A DNA stretch of 21,718 nucleotides from an uncultured Nitrososphaeraceae archaeon (GCA_963837175.1 CAWIMJ010000035.1:1-21718); one strand, 5' to 3'; positions 9,790 to 19,760 are shown, numbered from the stretch's first letter. Translations and numbers: made by a program. The notes: generated from the sequence alone by a model not told the origin.

Positions 9790-9811
9790 GTTCTGAATCC
9801 GACCCCGTCCA
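9790..9811 (+). other. tRNA 3'-end fragment (Ala-like), possible att relic, inside a hairpin (9766-9805)
   Basis: GTTC(T)GAAT-CCGAC-CCCGTCC-A reads as T-loop, 3' T-stem, acceptor 3' strand and discriminator A. U70 is compatible with Ala G3-U70. The 5' part of the tRNA is absent. Confidence 0.55.
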
Positions 9812-9854
9812 TTTCAATCTTGACTCTTTATTTAGGCCTTATCTTGTATATCTA

Positions 9855-9966
9855 TACTGCCTAACATAATTTCGTATATCTTTTAAAACCAAATAAAAGG
9901 ATTTTTTAAGCATAGTAAACCTCACATATTAAGAGAAATATGTAAACGAACTTTTGTTAGTTAGTA
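9855..9966. mobile_element. 112-bp MITE copy 2
   Basis: Inverted copy of 2311-2422 with 4 mismatches. TA at 9853-9854 and 9967-9968. Confidence 0.92.
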
Positions 9967-10151
9967 TAGAACCATAGTTGTTCGTTACTGAAGAAAAGAC
10001 TAATCTATCCAAATTATTGTCAGTACCTTTCCTTTTTTATTAATAGCTTATACTTGTAATAATAAACAATATTGCTGATTTGTTAAAGTGAGTTTTGATT
10101 TCTAAAAAAGATTGCTTAGAATAATAGTAATACTTGCCAAACGAAATAAAG

Positions 10152-10277
10152 ATGGATATGTTCAAGATAACAAAATTCAACATCTGCATCATTGGAATGC
10201 TGGTAGGAATAGGACTTATTTGTCTCCTTCCTTTTATGGGTTTAACATGCAGATGGGGCTGTACTCATGGCAGTTAG
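10152..10277 (+). CDS. Putative 41-aa single-TM, Cys-containing small protein
   Basis: MDMFKITKFNICIIGMLVGIGLICLLPFMGLTCRWGCTHGS*, followed immediately by a hairpin and T-run. Confidence 0.4.
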   Translation: MDMFKITKFNICIIGMLVGIGLICLLPFMGLTCRWGCTHGS

Positions 10278-10313
10278 GAAGATGAGGTATTAAAGTATTC
10301 ATCTTCCTATTTT
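10275..10313 (+). terminator. Hairpin plus T-run
   Basis: TAGGAAGATGA / TCATCTTCCTA perfect 11-bp stem followed by TTTT. Confidence 0.5.
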
Positions 10314-10529
10314 ATGCCTCTCTTGGGTACATTTGTTTAAAACGTGTATTGCTGCAGATGAAAATTGAATTGAATAGCATATTTTATTTTGTTTGTAATT
10401 TTGAAAGAATCAAAAGATAGAAAATAAAATGTTATTAAAATTAATCATGTATAAATGATGTTGTCCTAAGGATGTTCTAGTTCGAATAATAATAATAATA
10501 CACTATCTCTATTCTTGTCATATTAAAGA

Positions 10530-10616
10530 CTAATCATATTTCTCTTCATCTTCTAGCTCTTGTTCTTCTCTTGATGTCTCTTTATCTTCTTTTTCCTCTT
10601 CTTGTTGGTTACTCAT
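10530..10616 (-). CDS. Hyper-acidic 28-aa microprotein
   Basis: MSNQQEEEKEDKETSREEQELEDEEKYD*. TTATATA box ~27-33 nt upstream; shares EEQE(E)LEDEE with 8985-9134. Confidence 0.45.
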   Translation of the reverse strand: MSNQQEEEKEDKETSREEQELEDEEKYD

Positions 10617-10964
10617 AAGTAGAAGGCCTAATAGGAGCATTGGTATATAACTATTATTATTTTTGGATTATGTCAAGTCTTCGGTTGATTTAATGTAAAA
10701 TCATAATTATAAAAATTCGGTTGGTAGATGAGATTATTTCGGTGGTATATCTTCAATTGATGATTTGAGTTCGACTCAAGTTATAACTCCTCATTGGTTA
10801 CTACCAACTATCAATAGTCATCCTTTATGGTTTTGCAAATGGAGCAGGTCAAGTGGGATTTGAGCTTTTAGTGGTATATGAGGGTTCAACACTTTTTTCT
10901 TCTTATATTCCATTCTTGATATTGCAGTTAAAACATAATTCGTGACGTTCAATTAAATAGTGAA

Positions 10965-11220
10965 ATAATAGTAATATTTTTGTCAGGAATTATCATTATT
11001 GACTCCTATACAATACATAAATGCAGCTAATTCACAGGAGCAGAAAAAGCTTGTTCCAATATTTTGACACCTATAAGCGCATATGGAGACAATGTATATA
11101 TGACATGGTGGTACAACAAGACTCGTACTAGAAAGGTGTTTTTCAGAGGTAGTATAGATGGTGGAAAAACTTTTGGTAAACTATTATAGTAAATAGTACT
11201 AGTGATGGAGCGCTCTTAGT
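10965..11220 (+). pseudogene. Secreted BNR/Asp-box (sialidase-like) protein remnant
   Basis: TPISAYGDNVYMTWWYNKT...VFFRGSIDGGKTFG contains an SxDGGKTF Asp-box. Signal-peptide region is broken, with frameshifts. Confidence 0.7.
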
Positions 11221-11675
11221 ATAGAAACGAAAGGATGTAAAATAAATTGATAGCATAATTATACCCAAGAAATAAGAATTTTTTCTATGTGAAGTATATA
11301 TAATATATAACTAACAAACACCACCAGCCATGGGCCAATACGACAGTATGTCTTGGCAGATCTTTATTCATGGCTTGAATCTCATTCTGAGTTTACAAAT
11401 TTCACTCCTTCCTTCTCCTCATCCCACTCTCCCTCTACTACAGCTCCAGGTTAGCACTAGTTCGATGGAATGTAAGACAGATTTGACGCCAGGGTTTGGC
11501 CCACATTATGCAAATATAGAGACTTCAGAACAAAAGAATACATCTAGTGGAGAAAGAGATGACAAATTTCATTATATTTATCTACTATCTCTAATTATGC
11601 GGCAGTCGCAACATTAGGCTTTACATGTAAATGTCTAACTATATATTCCAGTATAATAATTGAATACAAGAGAAC

Positions 11676-12017
11676 ATGCAACAAAAACAAAGACCTCTTG
11701 GTGTTACAATAATAGCAATATTGATGATAATTAGCGGAATAGCATTGCTTAGTACTGGAGCAATTCTTTTAGTGGTTGGAATCGGTGTCGTACCTATTGT
11801 GTTAGGTATAGCATCTTTTGTTATGGCTTATGGTTTATGGAAAGGAAAAGGATGGGCATGGACTATAACTTTGATAATATCAGTGATAAGCATTATAAGC
11901 GCTATAGTTTCAATAGCATTTCATGGTTATGGAGCAATAATTAATATAATTATAAATGCCGTAATTATCTATTACTTATACAGACCAAATGTCAAAGCAT
12001 ATTTTGGTAAAGTATAA
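11676..12017 (+). CDS. Four-TM membrane protein (RPxGVTIIA...YYLYRPNVKAYF family)
   Basis: 113-aa hydrophobic ORF with GLWKGKGWAW. TATATA box at ~11640. Confidence 0.85.
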   Translation: MQQKQRPLGVTIIAILMIISGIALLSTGAILLVVGIGVVPIVLGIASFVMAYGLWKGKGWAWTITLIISVISIISAIVSIAFHGYGAIINIIINAVIIYYLYRPNVKAYFGKV

Positions 12018-12319
12018 TCACCGGCAGTAAAATAGGACGCTCTCATGATTGTATAGTATGTAGTGCAAACTTGATGCTATAGTAGTTGATGATGCTATAA
12101 GGTTTGATATCCTAACAGGAACGAAGAAAGAAGCAAACGGAAAACAGTTCCACTATGCTTTTGGTACAAAACCTTCATTTTCAATGCTGATCTAGCGATA
12201 ATAATGCTTTCAACAATTTGTAAAGAATTGACATTATAAAGAAATTGCAATTACTCATAAATGCTACAGTAGCACAAAATAATAATAATTGTTTTCTTAA
12301 TACTATAATACTATATAAT

Positions 12320-12747
12320 TATCATCAAATAATAAAGTGGAAACGTCCATAACTCAAATTACTCCTGAACAAACTGCGGAGTCATAAAAAATATTGCCAA
12401 AACTATTCATGAAGCTTCAGATAGAATGGGAGAAACAGTACTAACCCTACGTCAAAGCGGCGCAATTTATAAATTACAAAAGAAGTTCATGAATCTGCCT
12501 TAGCGGCACGTGATACTACAAAAGATTTGAAAAGAACGTGGAGTTATCAAAAGAAATAGCGAGTGCTGTAGAAGAAAGAACTATGTAGCATATGAAACGG
12601 TACAGTCAGTCAGAGATGTGGTTAGGGAGATAGCAGAAATAGCTCCTCAGACAGTTATACTGTAAAAAAGGAACAGAACAAGTAAGAAAGAAAGCAAGGA
12701 AGACGACATCAGAAGAACAAGAAGCATTAACTACTGAAGATGTATAA
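12320..12747 (+). pseudogene. Multiply frameshifted amphipathic-helical (LEA-like) protein
   Basis: Stitched frames give SSNNKVETSITQITPEQTAES/KNIAKTIHEASDRMGETVLTLRQSGAI/EVHESALAARDTTKDLK/ERGVIK/EIASAVEE/YETVQSVRDVVREIAEIAPQT/VKKGTEQVRKKARKTT...EDV*. Confidence 0.65.
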
Positions 12748-12750
12748 AAA

Positions 12751-12802
<52 letters not shown>

Positions 12803-13292
12803 GTGATTGAATAAGCAACTCAATAAAAAGCCTTTACAAATTGTTTTAGAATTAATGTATATAATATTTCTTGTATTTGCCGCAATTCTGTAAAAATGTT
12901 TTATTTTTACAGTAATATAACTAACTGCTGGATTATACTGTGGTAAGGAATTATCCATGAAAAGGAGAGGTTACATCATGTAAGGATAGAACATGAAAAA
13001 AGAGATTAGATATCGATATACAAAGACGAATATAAGCACAAGACACTAAAAGGTCTTCAAGGAGTAAATGAGCACATGAGAAACCTTGGTAATAAATTTA
13101 ATAATTTATTATTATATTTTCCATTATATTAAAGACTTTTAAAGAAATACTAACTTTAAGTAGAGTATATTTAAATAGATATCAGGAGTAATAGTAGAGT
13201 CAAATCTGCTTATATATTCTAAATTCGACATTAAAATTACAAGCTGATAATGATAATCTTTTAATCTCTATTAAGAAAATAAATGCTATCAT

Positions 13293-13664
13293 ATGGATGC
13301 TTATTATCGTGTTACTATAATTATTTTAGTTTCTATTGTTGCAATAGGTTTGGTTGCAATTCCCTTTGGAAATCCCAAATTCATTGATAGGGCAATTATT
13401 TTGGAATTATCATTTATTACACTGTCTGTTTTAGTATGGAAAGGATATAGTAAAGCACTATATCCTTGTATTCCATTAGCTCTTTTAGTCATTGTTGGAA
13501 ATAGTCTTGCACCACCCCATGTTCATCTTATGATGACATTTTCCAAACCAGTAAATGCAATTGTGCTGATTGTAGGTGGATATGTATTGCAAATAGCTTT
13601 AATATACACTAGTTTAAGATCCATATTGAATATAAGTTCAAAGAGACTAACTGCAACACCATGA
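13293..13664 (+). CDS. Four-TM hypothetical membrane protein
   Basis: 123-aa hydrophobic ORF with a GNSLAPPHVH loop. Confidence 0.8.
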   Translation: MDAYYRVTIIILVSIVAIGLVAIPFGNPKFIDRAIILELSFITLSVLVWKGYSKALYPCIPLALLVIVGNSLAPPHVHLMMTFSKPVNAIVLIVGGYVLQIALIYTSLRSILNISSKRLTATP

Positions 13665-13714
13665 TCTTATCTATATCCTATTGTCTTTATAAATAATAGG
13701 AAGAATGAAACCAC

Positions 13715-15581
13715 ATGACCAATTCAAAAATAGGTGATAATTCTCATTATGTATTTGCTGCCAATATATCAGATATACAAGCTGCTGGTGGATGTCTTTC
13801 TGTACAGATTCAAAAGTATACGATTGCTCTTTTCTATTATGATTTTAAAGTACATGCAGTCGATAATAGATGTCCTCATATGGGTTTTCCTTTAAGCCGT
13901 GGCACTGTTAAAGATAGTATTCTTACTTGCCACTGGCATCATGCACGTTTTGACCTTACAAGCGGAGGAACATTTGATCAATGGGCTGGTGATGTACGTT
14001 CTTTTCCCCTAGAGATTCGCAATGGAAATGAGGTATGGATAGACGTTTCTTCATCTTCATTGGATCCTCTTTCTTACCATCAAAAGCTATTACAAAATGG
14101 ACTTAAACAGAATATCTCCTTAATGATTGCTAAGGTGATTATTGCAATGTTAGGGGAAAAAAGGAAAGATAATGATGTAGATAAAGAAGATAATGACAAT
14201 AAAAGATATTCAGGTATAGCAAAAGCATTTCTTACTGGGCTTGATTTTGGTACTCACTATAAACAATCAGGATGGGGACAAGGATTAACAATACTCAGCT
14301 GTATGATGAATATTCTATACTACCTTGATATCAAAGATAGACCCCATGCATTATACCATGGTCTTGCTGCTGTTGCACAGGATTGTGCTTCCATGCCCCC
14401 CAGATTTGAATTATCTCCTTTACCGTCGTCTTGGCTTGACTTGCCCACACTTAAACGCTGGTTTAGACAATTTATCGAATCCCGTGATGCTCAAGCAGCT
14501 GAGAGATGTATTGTTACTGCCGTACGGCTTGGTGCTGATAGCTGCCAGATGGCTGATATGCTTTTTGCAGCAGCCACAGATCATCGTTATCTAGATATTG
14601 GACATGTTCTTGATTTTACTAATAAGGCATTAGAAGCACTTGATATAGCTGGATGGGATAATAAAGAATTAGTAGAATCTGTATTAAGTAGCCTTGTGTA
14701 TGGGTATGCCAATGCTGAAAGAATGGAAGAATCTAGTTCATGGCGACATCCAGTAGACTTGATAGCAATTCTTGAAGGCGCCTTCAGAGATCTCCCATCA
14801 GTATTAGAGAATGGCAGAAGCAAACAAACGAGAGAAAAAAAATGGAATGGCAAAGATCAATTAATAAAGGTGTTATTATCTGATGATCCACAATCAATAT
14901 CTAATGAATTATTAAATGCCTTGAAAGAAGGAGCTAGTGAAGTGGTATTGGCAAGTACTGTAGCATATGCTCGCAGCCTTACGTATAGCACAATTCAATA
15001 CACGTAATGAATTCAGTGATTGGGATATTGCACTACACACGTTTACTTACACTAATGCTGTACATCAGGGATTAAGACGGGTTGCTACACAAGAGCTAAT
15101 AAGAGGCGTATTTGATGGTGCAATGAGAGTCTATCTTAATCGTTTTTTGAATGTACCTGCTGTACCGCTGCCAACGCCGACAACAATAGAAAACAATAAC
15201 AGTGGTAGTACATTTAAAGATCCTGAAAATTTGCTAAAAGAGTTTCCATTACTTTTGGATAAGCAACAGCAGGTAAATCAAGCAGGACAATTAGTAATAG
15301 ATTATCTGTATAACTATGGAAATCCAGATCGACTTTTGGTTGTCATGGGAAATGTTTTACTACGTGAAGACCGCAACTTTCATTCTGTTCAGATGATTGA
15401 AGCAGGTTTTCGACAATATTCTCTTCTATCTGTTCAAGATGCAGATGAACGGACGAACATTTTGATAGCAATAGCTAGATACCTAGCATCTCATACGCCA
15501 ACTATGCGTATACAAGAACGAACATATCAGATAGCAAATCAACTTTATCAAGGAGAACGACTGTTTGAAGATCAACAATAG
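13715..15581 (+). pseudogene. Rieske [2Fe-2S] domain fused to a large helical domain, single frameshift
   Basis: CPHMGFPL...TCHWHHARF Rieske ligands. Removing one C at ~14972 joins the ORFs as VAYAAALRIAQF (~620 aa). TTTATAAA box at 13686-13693. Confidence 0.85.
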
Positions 15582-15986
15582 GTTAGATTTAAAATAAAAT
15601 CATAAAAATTATGTCTTTCAAATTTTGTTCCCACTCTATATGCATATGGTTAGCAGATATGATCTTTTTACCTTCATTATGAATATTATTTTTATTTATC
15701 TCTAGAATTGCTCATACTCTTTTACTACATTACTGGCTTGCCTCTTTGATATTATTTTTGAAATTGTCTCGATTGGTATAATATACAGTTTCTACAGAAG
15801 CTTTTATAGGTCGTAATTCTACTTTGCCGTTTAGAATTTTTTGTTTATTGTTATATGAGTTAATAGAAATATGTTAGTAGTATTGATACTAGTTATAATC
15901 AAGAACCAACCACACTGTATTGTTGGGTACACACAACCTTAAAATTGAAAATAGGTGAGCGATATAATATCAAAAAGAATTATAAA

Positions 15987-16913
15987 TCATTGAATTGACT
16001 TCTTTTTTGCAGTATGCCATTTAGGACACCAATATGTTACACGGGAACTTAATTGCCTATCAATAGCAATCTTTGTACCACAAACCCAACATGGCCGACC
16101 TGCTCTTCGAAAAACCCAATGTCTAAATTCCCATTTATTTGATTTATCTCCTTGTTTCTTAGGTCTCGTACGCCCTGCATTCATATAACCCATTTTCAAT
16201 ACAGAAGGAATTTCTTGTATTAATTTTTGTTCTTCTAGTGGAAACAGATTATTTGCAAATCTAAAGGGATAAATCTTTCGTAAAAACAATATTTCTGATT
16301 TATACTTGTTTCCAATACCTGCAACGAAGGTTTGATCTAATAACAAGTCAGCTAATTTCATCTCACCTCGTTTATGCAACCGATTTCGAACACTTTCAAT
16401 ATCGAATGTTGACTTTAACGCATCAGGACCGAGCTTTGCAATAGAAGTATGTTTTGATGGATCATTCATAGTGAAATGAAGGATAGGTCCATTAAATTGG
16501 ACAGCTACTTGAGCATGAGTGCTTAGGATAAGCCTTACTCGGGAGTCATTTCGAACATCTTTTACGGTTTCGTGAATTAATGATGATGATGTGGTGTTAT
16601 TATTTTTTGTTATTTTCTGGTTTGACCAAACGTTACGTCGAGGAGGTGGTTTTGATTTGCCATCATCAAATTCTTTTTTATCATATATTCGCCATTTTCC
16701 CCACATCATCATATGATTGTGAAGGTATACTCCAGATGTAAAGATGATAACAATATTTTTGTCATAGGTATCTATGGATTTAACTTTGGAATCAATTATA
16801 TTTTCTTTCATATTATCTTTTAATGTTTTACAATAAATATCTACAATAGTTTTTCCCAAAATAGCCTCAGATATTTTATCTGCTGTACGTTTTACTTCTG
16901 GTCCTTCAGACAT
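15987..16913 (-). CDS. nei: Fpg/Nei-family DNA glycosylase/AP lyase (endonuclease VIII-like), atypical residues
   Basis: xEGPEV N-terminus, HMMMWG, LGPD, H2TH LLLDQTFVAGIGNKYKSE, and C-terminal CWVC...RVTYWCPKW. Confidence 0.85.
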   Translation of the reverse strand: MSEGPEVKRTADKISEAILGKTIVDIYCKTLKDNMKENIIDSKVKSIDTYDKNIVIIFTSGVYLHNHMMMWGKWRIYDKKEFDDGKSKPPPRRNVWSNQKITKNNNTTSSSLIHETVKDVRNDSRVRLILSTHAQVAVQFNGPILHFTMNDPSKHTSIAKLGPDALKSTFDIESVRNRLHKRGEMKLADLLLDQTFVAGIGNKYKSEILFLRKIYPFRFANNLFPLEEQKLIQEIPSVLKMGYMNAGRTRPKKQGDKSNKWEFRHWVFRRAGRPCWVCGTKIAIDRQLSSRVTYWCPKWHTAKKKSIQ

Positions 16914-16915
16914 TT

Positions 16916-17335
16916 TTATTTCTTGTGGTCTTTGTTTATTGTTGTTTTACCTAATGTATGTCTGAGAGCAAATTCTAAATTGGAAAAACGGAACTGATAA
17001 CCAGTCTTCTGCAGGATGCGACTTGGTACTACTCGGTACTTGCAAGTAGAGATGCATCAGCGAGATCTCCAAATACTTTTTTAACAATAAAGGAAGGTAT
17101 GGTAAATTTTGCTGGTTTTGATAGAATAGCTCGCTAGCGTATTTGTAAAATCGGCATTAGTTACGGGATTTGGTGCCACTGCGTTAATTGGACCTTTGAT
17201 TGATTCATTATTAATAGTATGTAAAATAATTCCTAAAAGGTCATCTAACGAAATCCAGCTTATCCATTGTTTACCACTCCCTACTTTACCTCCCAATCTC
17301 ATCTTAAATAGTGGAAGTATTTTTGCAAGTATAGT
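16916..17335 (-). pseudogene. TIGR01777/YfcH-type NAD-dependent epimerase, C-terminal remnant
   Basis: LAKILPLFKMRLGGKVGSGKQWISWISLDD...GPINAVAPNPVTNADF, then frameshifted to GYQFRFSNLEFALRHTLGK. Stop lies 2 nt before the nei ATG; 5' half missing. Confidence 0.85.
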
Positions 17336-17809
17336 ACTTGGCAGGGAATGTACATTTACTCACTTACCTACTTACTTATTCTATCTTAGCCAATATTCTT
17401 AAATAAAGGAATAAAGGGAGATTGCAATACTAAAAAATAAAGTATTGCCTTTTGGTTAAGTTAATTTGTTTTATTTAAGTTAACAAAAGCATTAGGTGGA
17501 AGTATATATGTTTGTCTGTCTGCTGGCTAATATTATATTATAAAACCAGCTATATCAAGTCTTTTTTGTTTTCATCTTTAAAGTAATGCATTTGTTTTTC
17601 AGGATTTTCACTATTAGTATTTACATAGCTCTCCCCAATAGATAAACAAAATCCTATATCGTGATCACTAAAACCGTCCACGGTCTGTAAATAAGTTTGA
17701 AGAAATTCATCTGACATTTTCACTAAATTCGGGTCATTGTATTTTGTATTAAGAGCATAGATTCCTTTTAGACTATTTTGAAACTACTATTACTACTGTC
17801 TGCAGATGC

Positions 17810-18038
17810 GGCCACGGTAGAAGCCGAGCATATAATAAAAGCTATTACAGTTGAAAATCAAATAATTCTGGATCCGTTTATGGGTTCAGGAACTACTGGA
17901 ATAGCAGCATTGAATCTAAAAAGAACATTCATAGGTATAGAGATTGATAAAGAAAGGTTTGAAATAGCCCAGGCAAATATTCATAATCATAAGGCCACCA
18001 CCGCCAGGGAAACTGAATATGTTGCAAAATCATATTAA
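17810..18038 (+). pseudogene. N6/N4 DNA methyltransferase C-terminal fragment
   Basis: ILDPFMGSGTTGIAALNLKRTFIGIEID (SAM-binding motif I). No DPPY catalytic half upstream. Confidence 0.8.
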
Positions 18039-18078
18039 ATTTTTTTATTTTACTTAATTTTAATATGCTATTGATACG

Positions 18079-18504
18079 TTGAAATTAGTATTATTATCAC
18101 CATTATTGTTTTCGTCTCTCCTCTTAATTACATGCCTATCAAATCAGACTCAAATAATATATGCAACAACTCAAAGCACAAATAGTGCTCTCGTAACCTC
18201 GGTTACACAAAATTTACTAACTGTTGTATCATTTCTACTAGGAACGTCTTCCTTTATTTTGGGATTGAATATACAGAATGTTTCGAGATTAACAAGTGTA
18301 ATGAACAAATACTTGAAAATATTAATATTGGCATTAGTTTTTCCAGCAATTTTTATCAATATTTATGGGATCGCTCTAATTGGAGACACCATTGAACAAG
18401 GTGATATTCACTATTTGATTATTTTGTTTTCTCTTTTTGTTCCTTCTGGTGCAATTTTATTTTTACTTAGTAAAATTAATTCCATAACTTATCAAGCAAA
18501 ATAA
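18079..18504 (+). CDS. Hypothetical membrane protein (signal peptide plus ~3 TM)
   Basis: 141-aa ORF with TTG start and hydrophobic segments. Confidence 0.65.
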   Translation: MKLVLLSPLLFSSLLLITCLSNQTQIIYATTQSTNSALVTSVTQNLLTVVSFLLGTSSFILGLNIQNVSRLTSVMNKYLKILILALVFPAIFINIYGIALIGDTIEQGDIHYLIILFSLFVPSGAILFLLSKINSITYQAK

Positions 18505-18603
18505 TAGTAGGATATAAACACCTCAAAAAGGCATTTTATTACTAGTTGCTTAGTTACTGAACATAGAATTTTAGCAACAATAAGTGTAGCAAAAAAATGC
18601 TAC

Positions 18604-19750
18604 TTAGTGCAGATAACTGACTTCCCAGATGGCAGGGGCGCTTGCTGTTTCGTTGCTGCCTTCCCACTGCACATTAAGTGTACCTGTACCCTCTAATCGC
18701 AGATATTCAGGGGTTCCGTATATGGTTGCATTAGTATTAACAATGGTGGAGGGGTGCTGCAATGATTGAAGGGTTAGTAAGAGTCAGAGTAGCTGAATTT
18801 GAGCCGTTCTTCCATTGTAAGGTCAATATTTCTGGGTATGTATGTACTCCTCCAGGAGAAGTTAAGTTTTTCCCTGATGCGTGCGCAGTAACGTCCTTCA
18901 TAGTTTCGACTAAGACCTTACTTGGCCCATTTCCTTTGGCCAAATAGGCATCCACGGTTTGCTGATGGTTAAATGGCGCTGAAGTGGTCAGTACAAACAT
19001 GTCTATAGTGTAGTTACCATAATGACCAGTTGACCAGTACCAGCCATCGTAGTCCTGGTTCCAGTTGACTGTTCCCCACTGCTTGTCAATATACCCTGTT
19101 CCCTCTACGCTGTGAGACTGGCCGCCGTAGGTCAAGTTACCATGAACTTTAGCAAAGGGCATTGGATCATTCGTAGCGCTGAATCGTGTCAGAGATGGGT
19201 CGAAATACCACATACCACTGCCGCCAAATCTTGTGGGTGGAGCGGCACTTTCGAAAACTAGATCAGCCCCAACTCCATTCTCCGTCGGTGCAACGTGCAA
19301 ATTAACGGTGTTCAAATCACCACGAGCCCAGATATCACCCATCGTTACGTTCATTGTATTGCGTGCAGCTTTGAATTGGCTAGCATCTACTTTCGTTAGT
19401 CCCCCTAAATGCGTGCCGTTAGGAGTGCTAACGGCTATAGTGGCGTAGGGCTGAAGCGGCCCATTGTTGTCAACCCAAGGCTTTGTAAGTAATGTAATTT
19501 GCGCTGATGAATTATCATTGAATTTTCCCTGAAAGTACCACCACTCAAATGTGCCTGGCATTGGATTGGTAGCCATGCCGGCGTCTGATGGTTGCATCGT
19601 AGGTTCGAACCCTTCGAATATCCTATATTTTTGTGTGTCACCTGTGATCACTTGGTTCGTATCTGCAGTTGCGATAGAAGTGTACGATGAAAGGCTAATT
19701 AGTCCTGACAATAGTACTGCTACTAGTATGATTTTGGTCAAAAAGAACAT
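18604..19750 (-). pseudogene. Secreted AttH/CrtC (lipocalin-like) fold enzyme with a late frameshift
   Basis: Signal peptide from ATG 19750, with FEWWYFQG, GTGYIDKQWG and WYWSTG motifs. Frameshift in the G-run ~18751-18754; the other frame continues STIVNTNATIYGTPEYLRLEGTGTLNVQWEGSNETASAPAIWEVSYLH* to 18604. Confidence 0.75.
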
Positions 19751-19754
19751 ATTA

Positions 19755-19760
19755 CCTCCT
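19755..19760 (-). promoter_or_regulatory. Shine-Dalgarno-like AGGAGG
   Basis: AGGAGGTAAT directly before ATG 19750. Confidence 0.6.

Noticed and set aside
11330-11617. 95-aa ORF
   Set aside because: No motif or family resemblance; cannot be supported as a gene.
17778-18038. Restriction-modification or defence system
   Set aside because: Only a C-terminal MTase fragment, with no nuclease or partner genes in the window.
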